A DNA stretch of 64,000 nt from the NCBI GenBank assembly GCA_965644295.1, contig CBFFRP010000267.1, positions 1-64,000 of the forward strand, written 5' to 3'. The stretch comes from Paraphysomonas bandaiensis (lineage: Eukaryota; Protista; Chrysophyceae). Below, piece after piece: positions 38,495 to 50,958 of the stretch; the stretch's first letter is position 1, and each line of letters begins with the position of its first letter. The position numbers and the translations under genes were made by a program. Under the pieces are notes generated by a model that was given only the letters and a program-made list of their open reading frames with translations, ran no database searches and was not told the origin of the DNA.

Positions 38495-40885
38495 ATGCCT
38501 CTGGCTCTCCATCTCTTACAAGAACTTTCTGCCAATGAAGGCACAAACATCATGATGGATGGTGAAGAAGTCGAAATGACAGTTGTATCGGAGTATCTTC
38601 TGACTCAATTACCTCGACTCTTTCTTGCCATCGCAGAACAGCGATATAACGATGCAGAGATAGGCCTATCTATGCTACACACTACCAAAGTGTATTTCTC
38701 TGTATTTGACAACATTAAAAGTCCGTGCATGTTATTGATTTCATGTGAGCGTTTGTATCACGAGTTTATGTTCACTCAAGGCATGAACAATAGCTCTTAC
38801 AATCTATTGGATATGTATTCGCAAGTGTCAGCTGACCTCAATACAATGTATAACATATTCAATGAAGAAGATAGTGTCATCGCGAAACCTTCAGAGAGTG
38901 CATGTTCTTCCCTTAGCTCTAACTTTAGCTACATATCGCTTGGATCTGCTCCAAGTGGCGAGTATATGCTTGTGAATGTTCAGGGTGATGTGGTGGCCGA
39001 CTGTGAAGAAAAAATTCATACTCCTCCGATTGGGGGGTCTATTAAAGATACCAACAGTCCAGCTCATGTTTCTCAGTCTGTCCAGGAAAAGCGATTTGAA
39101 CCTTTATTGAAAATGCTAGGAGATATAATAATGTTTGTGGGTATGAGAATCCTAATGATCAACGTGTACGTGGCTGTGAGAAGTTGCTCATGTACCCAGG
39201 CTACTTATAAGCAGCAGTCCCGACAGTTGCGAGAACTGCAGAGGACTGCCCTGCACTATTCCAGTGATGAAGCCCGCAGACTATTGCACCGCGTATCTCT
39301 TGAAGCCCAGTGCATGGAGGCGAACCTGGGGTGCCGCTTGGCCCTCTTGTCCGCAAAGTACGTAGAAGGAGTGCTATGCTGCCAGCGACTGAGATTGCGT
39401 TTGCATGAATGGATCGCTCTTGCCTCTGGCGGGCACGAGGACCACTCTGCTGATTCACTTTCTTTAGTGCATTGGATGTGTGCGTGCTATCGCCGCTGGG
39501 TTGCAGTCATTCCAGTGCTTTTTGGTGAGAAACGACGACAGATCTTGGGTTCCCTCTGTCTGTCTCTCGCACCGCAGCTGTCTGTGCCAGTCCCAGATTC
39601 CCCGCAGTCATCCAACTCGCCGGATGCTGTTTCTACCATGACACTGTCTGCGACCCCTCCTCCCCATCCACCGACTGCTTCCCATCTTCCCGAGGTCAAT
39701 TGTGATATATCCCGTGCTGTGGATGCGTTCTTCTCCACCGGCCGCGGTGTGTACCGTCAACAAGCGCTTCTTGTTGTGGCGCTCACTGAAAACGGGACGG
39801 CTCTCCGAACGCAGTACGCATGCCCCCCTCGAGACCGGTGGTCCGTTTCGTCTAACAGCAGAGCAGCAGAGGATGAACTGGGACGGGTATCTTCCACAGA
39901 ATCACGACATAGCGGCTCAGCGAAAGCGTTCGATGGGGATCTAATGCTTTCCGCCGTGTCAGTACACGAAATGCTGAACGATAATCTGGATGATATCATT
40001 CCACCACAGATATTACCTCCACGAGTCAAGCGAACCGAAGCAGTGGTTCTAAGTCGATTGTTTCCGTCGTCCGTGTCGGTTACCAGCGGTACACCCAGTC
40101 GGGGACAGCAAGCGCACCCATACTACCACACTTCCACCCGGCGGCTGCTGGGCATGGTAAACACGACAATGACTCACACTTCCAGTGCCTCTAGCATGAA
40201 TATGTCGTCACTGGGTGCGAGTGACAAGGAAGGAGGCAACACTCGACCTTACACACGTCGGCAGTCAGAATCTAGACCTCAAGACTTCACAGCAAGTGCG
40301 GGAAGTCATGGTCCTTCCGCCCCTCCTCTGCATGACCATATTAATGAAGAGCACTCCGCCGGAGAAGATCAGACCTCTTACTCTTCAAGCGCTTCAGGTG
40401 TTGCTGAGGCAGAGTGGATCGATTCACACTTGGAAAATATCAAGGAACTTCTCGAATGCAGCTTTCCATGCGAAGATCGAGCTGTGGAGCAAGAGGTGAC
40501 ATATGAGAGCTTCCGGAAAATTCTCGCAGACTCGCAGAGGAGGAAATGTGTATGTCTACCTGTTGTCAGCTCGACGCGTGGTTCCTCAGGCATATATATA
40601 TTCTGCCCCCTTACGAATAGCAGTTTTGGTAGCACTGTGCGCTCTCATGTGCAAGACACATCGCATATATACAGTAGCCCCTCAGTGCGTAGTGAGGTGC
40701 CGTCGGAGAGTTTGGAAGCCCGCCTCTTTGTAGTAGGCGCGGCTTTTCACCGGATAGGAGGGAATCAACTCACATCACATCAGTACGTTGACGATACGGG
40801 AAGAAATATGAGTGAACATGTGCGAAAAATGTGTGATGTAATTAGCGGTGATGACTTGTTCCTTAATATTGTAGAAGACCGCTAA
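38495..40885 (+). CDS. 796-aa protein, probable KICSTOR subunit 2 (C12orf66/DUF2003)-like with a long low-complexity insertion
   Basis: Long intronless ORF; CERLYHEFMF...LLDMYSQV and SLEAQCMEANL...RLRLHEW resemble KICS2 blocks from memory; extra 5' exons possible. Confidence 0.55.
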   Translation: MPLALHLLQELSANEGTNIMMDGEEVEMTVVSEYLLTQLPRLFLAIAEQRYNDAEIGLSMLHTTKVYFSVFDNIKSPCMLLISCERLYHEFMFTQGMNNSSYNLLDMYSQVSADLNTMYNIFNEEDSVIAKPSESACSSLSSNFSYISLGSAPSGEYMLVNVQGDVVADCEEKIHTPPIGGSIKDTNSPAHVSQSVQEKRFEPLLKMLGDIIMFVGMRILMINVYVAVRSCSCTQATYKQQSRQLRELQRTALHYSSDEARRLLHRVSLEAQCMEANLGCRLALLSAKYVEGVLCCQRLRLRLHEWIALASGGHEDHSADSLSLVHWMCACYRRWVAVIPVLFGEKRRQILGSLCLSLAPQLSVPVPDSPQSSNSPDAVSTMTLSATPPPHPPTASHLPEVNCDISRAVDAFFSTGRGVYRQQALLVVALTENGTALRTQYACPPRDRWSVSSNSRAAEDELGRVSSTESRHSGSAKAFDGDLMLSAVSVHEMLNDNLDDIIPPQILPPRVKRTEAVVLSRLFPSSVSVTSGTPSRGQQAHPYYHTSTRRLLGMVNTTMTHTSSASSMNMSSLGASDKEGGNTRPYTRRQSESRPQDFTASAGSHGPSAPPLHDHINEEHSAGEDQTSYSSSASGVAEAEWIDSHLENIKELLECSFPCEDRAVEQEVTYESFRKILADSQRRKCVCLPVVSSTRGSSGIYIFCPLTNSSFGSTVRSHVQDTSHIYSSPSVRSEVPSESLEARLFVVGAAFHRIGGNQLTSHQYVDDTGRNMSEHVRKMCDVISGDDLFLNIVEDR

Positions 40886-41622
40886 CACCAAAGCGGAGAC
40901 GAATAGCTAGCGGTGTATACGTGTATACTGTATAGCCTTTGTATTCGAATTTCGGATATGTATAAATTTACTGTAATTAATGAAAAATCTTTGATTTCTT
41001 TTCTACTTGGCAAGTGTGCTTTTCCGTGAGAGCTAGAAATGGCTTTGTTTTACGTGTAATAACCAGCTTACTGGGTTATTTTATCATAAGACCTCTCCAT
41101 GGTATATGCTTCTGCTTGTACATTTCTTGGATCTATAAACAACGATCTGCAATATATAATATATTATGACAATGAGAAGAGGTAAGAGGAGCTTCCTACT
41201 GATATATAAATTGGTGTAATCAGCCAGCCCAGGAAACAAGAGAAAAAAAGTATATAAGACACGAGTTAAGATGATTAGAATGGAAAATTCTACTGAAATA
41301 TTGAGGGTTCTATATGAGGATTCTAGATGTGTATTGCCTACTTATCCAGTAAAACAGTTATAGTTTGCGTATTCTACATTGTCCTGAAGTACGACATGTT
41401 GCTTTTACATATGTATTTTATGTTGCTAATGAATTTGAGATAAATTTTATGTAATGATCAGCCTGAAATATTGATACTATGTATGAATTCTTGTCATGCC
41501 TTATTCTTCATGGTCTGGATCGTAGGTAGTAGTAGTCGCTAGTGACTGCTGTTGAGTTTAGCTAATTTGTATAAGCAATTAAAATATGTACTCAAGGTAT
41601 TGGAATTATAACCGTTAGTTTA

Positions 41623-41796
41623 GTGGTTGCACCTTGGTGCTTGCGGCGACGCACAAGCAGCTTCCGTAGCGTTAAATAGTAGGATAATGGAATTTGTGCT
41701 GATTAGTTATGGGTAGAGGACTAACTAGTATGTCTAGCATTCAACTAGCCACTATATTGGTACGCCTATTGCTAAATAAAAAGACTTTCAATATAT
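41623..41796 (+). mobile_element. 5'-truncated retroposed insertion (LINE/SINE-like 3' end) with a 12-bp TSD
   Basis: Flanked by ACCGTTAGTTTA at 41611-41622 and 41797-41808; interior is homologous to ~59287-59475 (shared core GGCGACGCACAAGCAGCTTCCGTAGCGTTAAATAGTAGGATAA). Confidence 0.8.
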
Positions 41797-42624
41797 ACCG
41801 TTAGTTTAAGAATTCAGATGTTAAAAACTGTAGTACATGAATTAACGGCATAATAGGAATTATGTCAAAGAAACTGACTGAAATGCTTTGAATGCATACT
41901 GCCCGTCTCAGATCAGAAAATATTGATTGGTAGAGGAGAGAATATATATATTTATCGAATGACAATGAATGATAAGATATGTTTATTACAATTATCTACT
42001 AATTGATTATTGAGTGAGTTTTAAACACTTCCTAACGTCAAATTTAAAAACTTAATGTAATTCTAATTTACGATATAAATGATAATCATTTATTGCCCAT
42101 TAAGCAAACTTTGCTTCATTGACATTATCAACCACTTACTATCTAACTACATATCTAACCATGCTTATTTGTTCCTAACTTTTGCAGATGTTCCTACTAG
42201 ACTAAAAATGGCGGTTGAGCCGTATTGAAATTTAGTATAATCAAGTAAAATTCTTAACTTAGTAGGAATATCTAAAAAAAATGTAGACTCAGCTACCATT
42301 CTAACTTTAATATGGAATATTGACGTCGGCAAAATTGACTAGGTGGGAACAAATGGCACTATAGTAGAAACATCGGTTAAATTTAGTAGGGACAAATATA
42401 TTACCGAGGTGTCTACATAATTTTTGGTGCCACTAGGAAATTACACCTACTTGACTGGGTCCAATAATAGATCTCTACAAATATTAATCTAACTCCTACC
42501 ATAAGTACGTACAACCTCCCAAACTACATTCTTTCTACTCCACAATTACTTACTCTACTATATATAGAAAACAGAAAGCCTACTACAATACGCCCAGAAT
42601 CGGTCATCCAATTCGATACGTACC

Positions 42625-43673
42625 TCATATCGGTGCTTCACAAGTGTCATTGAAAATATAGCCGTAAATTTTAGCCATATCCATTGCACGTCGTGTGAAC
42701 TCTGGATCTAATGCACAGTAATCACTCCACTGCAGTGGTTCCACATGCTTTCTTCGATTCGTTTGTGAACCTAATTTCTTTTTAGCTGCATCGATGGCAA
42801 TTCTAGATGGGATTGTGTTTGGAGGGAACTTAGCCATGTGCATTATCAAAGGAATATCCAGCTCCTCCACACGTAAGAGAGGTATCGGAATGAAGTTAGA
42901 CATGCGGTCAATACGACTATTCCAGGCTACCCACGTTTGTAGTGCCCATCTAACCAGTTCAGTGGTATTATCCTCCTCTATTCTAAAGTTAACGCCTTCT
43001 AGTCCTGACTTGATATTCTCATAGTGTCGGGTAAAGGAAGGATACTGAGTGGTGACAGAGGGAATGGCCGCTGTTCCATGCGCAATATGAGACAAAAGAG
43101 ACTATTAGCATCACGTTTACTAGATAGTGCCAGGAATAATATACATGAAATACTTTGTATATTACAGAATTACGCACGGTGCACCTGATAAAACAATTCA
43201 TAACAAAAATTACCTATTGGGTTCCGGACCAAGTGAAATATATGTCGAAATCGCCCTACTCTGCCTTTGCAGTGAAAGTGGATGCTTTGATTCTGACTGT
43301 TTATAGCCATCCTCCATGCCGACATGCCTGCTTTATCTCCACATTGGTTGTCATTCCCCACATAAAACCCAAGCAATTTGAACAATTCCGCCACATACGT
43401 TGTGCCGCTTCTAGGTGTACCAATAAAAAGCATGTTCCAAGACTCGCCATTGTAGGTATACCCACAGCAGTCTAAGGGATTACATATTAGATCAACAATT
43501 CCATACGGTTAGACTAGAGTTGTACCTGGTACCATATAATTCGTCTCATACCATGCGTACTGACAATGTGACTCCCTCCAATAGCTATATTCGGGGTTAC
43601 TATCACAGGAAAAAATAGACTGACCTGAAGAGACTAACCCCGATAGCGTTAGGATATAAAATATTAGAATCAT
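42625..43673 (-). CDS. Secretory-pathway sulfotransferase-fold (P-loop) protein; multi-exon
   Basis: Hydrophobic signal-like N-terminus (MILIFYILTLSGLVSS), 5'-PSB-like FIGTPRSGTT, 3'-PB-like HLVRNP, LRVEEL. Confidence 0.75.
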
Positions 43674-43739
43674 GTTGGTACACAGCTGGTAGAATGCTAT
43701 CAGCAGACCATATGCAAAAGACATATGGTGTACTCCTCT

Positions 43740-43897
43740 ACATACGTACATACATACATACATACATGCATACATACATACAGTACATACATACATACAT
43801 ACATACATACATACATACATACATACATACATACATACATACATACATACATACATACATACATACATACATACATACATACACACCTACATACATA
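43740..43897. repeat. (CATA)n microsatellite between divergent genes
   Basis: ~155 bp tetranucleotide array. Confidence 0.98.
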
Positions 43898-44017
43898 CTG
43901 CTGGACATCGTCTAAAGATTACGCATGCATGCTGGAGGGTTACTCATATCTGGTATATAGTAATAATATCCCCTCATAAAATATAAGGAGGAACACATCC
44001 TCCAATATAACCTCCAT

Positions 44018-46232
44018 ATGGCAACATCTCTCGCATGTGGGAGAGTATGGTCGAAGATGTTCCTTAAGAAACCTCGTTCAGTATGTTTAGCTGAAGAGAA
44101 AGAAGGAAAACTAGAAAGAAACTTATCATTAATAGATCTATTAGCTATTGGGATAGGCGGGACAGTAGGAAGTGGTGTGTTTGTGCTTACAGGACTTATT
44201 GCACGTGATTATGCGGGCCCTGGTGTTGTATGGAGTTGGCTTATATCTGGTTTTGGATGTTGTTTTAGTGCCATGTCATATGCAGAGATGTCATGTCGTA
44301 TTCCATCTGCTGGGTCATCGTATGCTTATGTATATCATGCTCTCGGAGAACTACCTGCAGTGTTAGCAGCTTGGTGTCTCTGTTTGGAGTATGGAGTCAG
44401 GTAATACTCTATATGCAGTTGTTGCAGGAGATATTAATATACATTCTTAGTGGGGCCGCAGTTGCCCGCAGCTGGGGTGAGAAAGTGGATAAGTGGACTG
44501 ACATTATTGGTGTTCCTGTCTGGAAACCTCTGGATCCTGGTCTAGGGGTTAATGTGTTTGCCGCTGCTTTGCAAGCCGTCTGCGTCGGACTGCTTCTGGT
44601 GGGCGTTGAAATGGGAAAATTAACAGTAAACTTCTTCACCATTCTTAAGATGCTCTTGGTTACGTTTATGATCGTTGCGGGTCTCTGCTTATTCAAGGCA
44701 GATAATGTTAGTAATTGGGCTCCAAAAGGGGCCAGCGGCATACTACGTGGCGCTACGTCAGCGTTCTTTGGCTACCTTGGGTATGACGAAGTTTGCTGCT
44801 TGGCCGCGGAGGCCAAGGACCCGCACGTCACTCTTCCACGAGCGGTTTTTGGCACGATTTGCACGGTGTCCGTACTGTATGCGCTTGCTTCTCTTGCCCT
44901 TGTCGGAATGATGTACGTATTGTGTACCACCAAGTTATAGTGGCTAATACTCTAGACAGGCCTTACGATGAGATCAGCCGAGATAGCGGATTTAGTGACG
45001 CATTCAAAGACAGGTAATTACATTTGCTTATTAATTCATACGACGATACCGTTTCGTTGGATTTACACCACCTGAAAATAATGTATGTTTTGCATGTTTT
45101 GCTATATTCTCATTTCTGTTTTACAGGGATTGGTACTGGGCACAACACATTGTTGCTGCCGGGGAGATTGTTACCCTGCCTCTGGTTGTGCTTATTTCAT
45201 TTCTCGCTCAGCCGCGGTTGCAATTTGCGATGGCTGAAGATGGACTTCTTCCATCGGTGAGTGATGGTGCTGCTATGTTTGCCTGCATGCATACAGTCCT
45301 GCCCGGTAATGTAAATGGCAGATATTTTCCGAGGTGGACAAAGGTGGAAACCTTCGCAAAGGAATAATATTTAGTGGCGTGGTCTGTACACTAATTGCAC
45401 GTATGAATATAGAATTAGTTGAGACGTAGATGATATGTTTTTCAGTTTTCATCCCATTCACATATCTTGACGACATGATATCTGCGGGGGTGCTTCTCTC
45501 ATTCAACCTTACTAATAGGTCATATCTTTACTAACCCTGATATATTTGCTAATATTTTCCTGGTTTTAGTTCACTAATAGCTGTCAGGCGAGTGAATCTA
45601 AGCAATCCAGGCAGATGTAAGTCACTCCTTGTAGCCTATAATGTCCTGGCGTTTGTCGGAGCTATGCTTCTTAACTACTGCGATTTGGGGTCTCCCGAAG
45701 TGGTCGCTCCTGGAGTGGTTGTATTCCTGGTAATATATGTAGCGTATTCTATCGCCACGACTTGCCCAGAGGCTGATGATCCCTGGAAAGATATACAGTA
45801 CAGGTATGAACTTTATGCGTATGCCACAACCATTTTAATAATAGTTTGTTCGCTATTAGAGTGCCCTACATGCCTTTCTGTCCGCTTTTCGGAATATTCG
45901 TCAACTACTTTCTTGTGGCACAGCTGGTACCTCAAGTTCATATAATTATGCTGTAATTAATGTTTTCTATATTTTAGGCTTGGTGGGGTTTACTCATGAT
46001 TTTCGGTTATTTTGCGATCGGTATAACCTTCTACCTCATCTACGGAATACACAACAGCGTTGGGAACAAAAATGGTTGGGTTAGTTTGTTGAAGCGCAGT
46101 AGAGAGCATTTCTTTGAGGAGAATAATGGCGCAATGTCGTCACTAGAGGAGCAGCTGATTCGAAAATATCTTGTGAGTGAGGACATAGTTGATGACGATC
46201 ACCATTATTCGACAACTCATGTGGATACATGA
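44018..46232 (+). CDS. APC-superfamily cationic amino acid transporter (CAT-like); many short introns
   Basis: LERNLSLIDLLAIGIGGTVGSGVFVLTG, AGPGVV, SYAEMSCRIPSAGSSYAYVY, FFGYLGYDEV..AAEAKDP, C-terminal YLIYGIHNS. Confidence 0.93.
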
Positions 46233-46559
46233 TAGGGTGCATAATAGATATAATACACTTTGAGTGGTCCAGGTAGTATATATACGCATACACACGGTTA
46301 CTGATGGATGTCATTCAAATTATTCGAGCGTTTACTATTTCATGTTTGTACGTATTTCTAATTTTTAATATAAATAAGTAATTGTTGACATAATCCCTGT
46401 AGTTGTCAGTAGCTTGAGCCTTATCCATACTAACAATTATTCCGAAAACTAGCTGGAAATACCTGGCACATGCTTAGCAATAATCGAAAATAATATACTG
46501 ATGCTAGTATACCAACATGGTCAGAGAACTTAGGTAATTATATTATTCAACCTATTCAA

Positions 46560-46740
46560 CCTATTCAACTGCTCCCACTCCCTAGCCGCATCTCTTGCAA
46601 GGTATGTGTGTGTCATTTATAGCTCCTTAAATATTTTAATTTCTCCTTCGGGGACATTGATGTTAAGCACATGGCGAGCACTATCAGGCCTGCAAGGAAA
46701 CGCGGCCGGCCTCGTAATGCAGAAATGAAATGAAACCTAA
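46560..46740 (+). pseudogene. Possible transposase C-terminal remnant (SWIM-like C.H.LA followed by AT-hook RKRGRPR)
   Basis: Fragments NCSHSLAA and IDVKHMASTIRPARKRGRPRN in a convergent intergenic region; no element ends found. Confidence 0.25.
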
Positions 46741-47259
46741 CCACAGAAATGAAAATATTATTCGCTGACAGTGTCGGCTTTCTGATGCTCCTGATCACAT
46801 CCTTGCTCATCCGAAGATTGTGGGGTTCGATATTCAATGCCCATGAAATGAAGGTTGCTGTGGAGCTACACCGGACTTGGTCATCAGAAACATCCCAATA
46901 TTCATTCGACTGTGACTACGTGACTACGAAATGTGAGGCATATAGCATTTAAATTTATGGCAACAGTATGCTCCCCGAATACCCACTCTACCAACAAGTC
47001 AACCTAATCATTGTAATGTTAAGCAATCCGATATATTCTTACCTGGCCCTGTAAAAATCTAACTATTTAATGACTAGGCTTTTACACCAATTTCGGTTTG
47101 ACTAGGAAATTCAACCAATTTGACTAGTTTGAAAAACTCGATAAAAATCTTGATACATATCTTCATTCCGCCTCGCGTGTGTAAATGTAATATATTGCTA
47201 CTTGCTACCTTAATAATCTAACCACGAAGAGCACATTATTATATATATATAATTATAAT

Positions 47260-48606
47260 TTAATTATCTTTTATGCTGTCATCCCACTTATAATTAACTT
47301 TAAAAGCTTCTCCACTCTCCATGTCACAGTACGCTTTTACTGAACTTCTAAATAAATGTAAGTGATTCACGTCTGTCGTGGGCCACACTTCTGGGGGCAT
47401 AAGGGTCGAGATGTCAGCATTATCGGCACATGCATTATCAATTGATGACGTTTTACCATGCTGCAGACTGGTGTCCACAAACGACTTCACATCATTCATT
47501 GAAACCTCGTGTGGCACCGGTACACCGCATAACCGCAGTTCTTTTACGATCCTTTTAGTCTCCACATCCGGTTGAGACATCATGAGTTTATGACTAGTGC
47601 GCACTCGACAAAGATCTTGTGATTGTTGTATTGCACGTTTATTGTATATGTACCACAACTTCATACCGCGAGCTATCGGGAAGTGTTCTGTCTCACGAGT
47701 ATGCATAGATAATGCCACATCCATGGGGTTGCGATAAGTAAAAAGCACTGCTGGAAGAAAGTTCAACAGTGGCAACCACGTACGGAGTGTAATGCAGAGT
47801 CTTGGGTCCTTCAGCATCCATGGATAAGAAGAAGGGTTGTTCAAAAATTTTAAACTCCTCTCACCCTCTTTAAATAGCGTTCCGTCATCGTTGAGAATAT
47901 CTTTCAGACCAGTCAAGGCATCATATCGATAGGTGTTGGCTGAATAGTGCACTTGTTGCCGACGCATTATATAGTCATTCTGTAACACGACATCAATGCG
48001 CTCAAAGAATCCTTTTGCGTTGTCTACATTTGGGCGGATAAGTGGTCCACCTGTATTGAGGCCCATCTTACTCATGAGTCCACCAACAATAGATGTGCCT
48101 GATCGGTGCATACCGAGCACAATCACACCCGGCCGACTGGCTTCCTTTTCCGCTGACACAACACTAGTAGTATGAACAGAGACAGGCGTGCTTCTTAGCT
48201 TCTCTATTTTGCTTTGTAAGGCCCGAATCTCTTCGTCTTTCTCTTCTATCCCATGCAAAGCCACATTCAGTTTACTGTTTTCGTTCTCCAGATCTTTTAA
48301 ACGACTGACAGCATCTTTCTCTGATAATCCAGACTGCTCTAAAGAACTCTGTAAAGCACTAATTTGATCCTCAAGTGTTCTAATTATTTCAGTTTTTGCA
48401 CTGGCATCTGATTTAAAGTTCAACAGTGCATAATTTTCTTGTTGCAAAACAGAGAGAGCGTTTTTTTCATCAGATCCTCTGAGTGTAACGGAATTAAAGG
48501 GGTTAACATATACATATATAACAATAGCAATATATAGCACGAATACAATAAAACAGCCGATCAATAATTTGGATGTTTTTAATGCAGTGTGATGTTTGGT
48601 TTTCAT
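47260..48606 (-). CDS. Type II membrane sulfotransferase-family protein with coiled-coil stem
   Basis: N-terminal TM helix, heptad region, VIVLGMHRSGTS, NAKGFFER, LKDPRLCITL, YRNPMDVALS. Confidence 0.88.
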   Translation of the reverse strand: MKTKHHTALKTSKLLIGCFIVFVLYIAIVIYVYVNPFNSVTLRGSDEKNALSVLQQENYALLNFKSDASAKTEIIRTLEDQISALQSSLEQSGLSEKDAVSRLKDLENENSKLNVALHGIEEKDEEIRALQSKIEKLRSTPVSVHTTSVVSAEKEASRPGVIVLGMHRSGTSIVGGLMSKMGLNTGGPLIRPNVDNAKGFFERIDVVLQNDYIMRRQQVHYSANTYRYDALTGLKDILNDDGTLFKEGERSLKFLNNPSSYPWMLKDPRLCITLRTWLPLLNFLPAVLFTYRNPMDVALSMHTRETEHFPIARGMKLWYIYNKRAIQQSQDLCRVRTSHKLMMSQPDVETKRIVKELRLCGVPVPHEVSMNDVKSFVDTSLQHGKTSSIDNACADNADISTLMPPEVWPTTDVNHLHLFRSSVKAYCDMESGEAFKVNYKWDDSIKDN

Positions 48607-49359
48607 GTTGGGTTATATATATATGTATGTATGTATATATGTGTATAGAGCAATCAAATAATGCAGCTATGTATAGGATGGTGGTGGATGTGATAGAAAT
48701 AATGGATTCTAAATGGCAATGGGTGTAAGATAGTACCATGTCTAGATGTCCAGCTGGCAGTGCATCGCTCCTCTTGTATCTGTGAGGCACATAGCAGTCA
48801 GTTTATATACATACCTATACTGCTGTACAATACATACTCCTGTGTATATAATACACTGCTGTATATGTAGTGTATTATACGTCGTACTGTATTGTAGTAT
48901 CGTTATACAAGCTGTAATACCATTGTACAATCTATACCAGCCAATTGTACCCGAAATCTGTTAGATTTTCTAAAAATCTTCTATTTCTGAGAAAATAATG
49001 GGGTTTTTGCCAACAAGAAAATACATCAAAATACAATGTATACTCCATGTATACCAAACAATTAGTATCCAATCAAAATAAAAATCAATGAAATAATTGA
49101 ATAGAAATTTCTTTCTACAAACTCTTTTTCATTCTAGCAGTTTCTTGTTCTTTCTTGTGATGGATGTGAATGAGCATCATGTTGGTATGTATGTATATGT
49201 ATACCATGTACATACATACATACATACATATACAATATACATACATCCACCATAATATTATCAGCAATCAATACACATACACACCATACTATAATATCCA
49301 TACAATAGTATAGTTATATACACTATATTACTATCTCGTACCTTCTAAATTCATCACTT

Positions 49360-50958
49360 ATGGATAATGCAGTATTGCTAGGTGGAAGATATGCACTGGG
49401 TCATAAATTGGGTGCAGGAATGCAAGCAGAAGTCCGTGCTGCTCGTGATACTGCATCCAATACAGCTGTAGCCCTTAAACTAATTGATAAATCTAATATT
49501 CGTACAAAGGCATTGGTTGCATTAGAACGAGAGGTATGTGATTATATTAATACATGACTGTATTATGATATGTATATGTATGTATGTATTAGGTTAATAT
49601 TATGAAGACTCTCGTACACCCCAATATACTCGCCCTTAAAGGGTTTGACTCAGATATTACATATGATTCCAAACCTGTTGCAGTTTTGGTTCTTGAGATT
49701 GCTGATGGAGGAGAATTGTTTGATTATCTTATGTATTCGGGATACTTTGAGGAAGTAGTAGCGCGTACTTACATGCACCAGCTGGTAGGGGCCCTTCGGT
49801 GCTGTCATGAGCACAATATCTTTCATCGTGACATCAAGTGAGTGTATTATATGTGTGAGATTATTATATTAGTAATTTGTTTGCAGGCCGGAGAATATCC
49901 TCTTAGACTCTCACTTCCAACTGAAGTTGGCTGACTTCGGTCTATCCAATATCACTGAAGACACCGAAAGCATCTTAGAGACTGAGTGCGGCACTAAGTC
50001 ATATATGGCCCCAGAGATATTTCAGCATGCGGGATATCAGGGAGGAGCTGTTGATGTCTGGTCTGCTGGAGTGGTACTTTTCATTATGCTTTGCGGATCC
50101 CCTCCATTCGATATAGCTAACAGACGGGATTGGTGGTTCAATGCGATATCGGTGCGTTGCCAAATATTTCTACATTTCATTATCTGAAAACTTTATTTTA
50201 TTTTGAAACAGATGAATCGATACGATCGATTTTGGGCGGCACATCTTCGCGGGGCGGGTCACATGCGGGATAAGAGGATCGCTCAGGACTTTGTGAATCG
50301 CATCTTTGTTCCTGACCCAAACAAGCGCCTCACACTTGAAGCGATGGACTCCCATGAGTGGTTTTGCCAGGATACCCTGGACCACCGTAGACTGAGCAAT
50401 ATGATGAGCGATCGAAAGAGGAAGATTGAGGACGCCAAGGCGGCGGAGAGAGCTGCAGCCAGGAAAACGAACACTCGCGGCGGGGCTGTGGATGTGTTCG
50501 AGCGCAACACTCATCGCAGTGTTGGAGCTCCCCCACCTATCTATGATCCCACTTCTCCAAGTGCTAATCTCATGACGGAGTTCTACACCCCGGTGTCTGA
50601 GGAAGATATACTGGTAAGACTTACTCGTGAGATTGTTGGGCTAGATCCAGCCGCGCAGGTTGAGGCTTCACCCGGGTCATATTCCGTCAAGGCCACTGTG
50701 CGTTTACCTGGTGAGTCATTCGAGATGGATGGGGAAGTCATCTCCACTCCAGGGGCAGCAGTGAATATTGCTGCCAATGTGTATCAGGCAGATGCATCCT
50801 CTAGCGATGTTTACCTTGTTTCCGTTCATCGCGGAGGTGGGGAGCCATTTGCTTTCAAGAAACTCTTTCAAGCTTTGAAAGGCAAGATGGCACCAGACCC
50901 CGAAGATGGAGCGGGTGGAGAAGAAGAGGAGTTCAGTGAGGATATCGGCATGATCTAA
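49360..50958 (+). CDS. Ser/Thr protein kinase, CAMK group, with a KA1-like C-terminal region; 4 exons
   Basis: LGAGMQAEV, VALK, GGELFD, HRDIKPEN (spliced), ADFGLS, CGTKSYMAPE, DVWSAGVVLF. Confidence 0.95.

Noticed and set aside
42420-47140. Similar motifs ACTAGGAAATT...TTGACT at ~42432 and ~47101
   Set aside because: Probably a very old repeat, but too short and degenerate to define ends or a family
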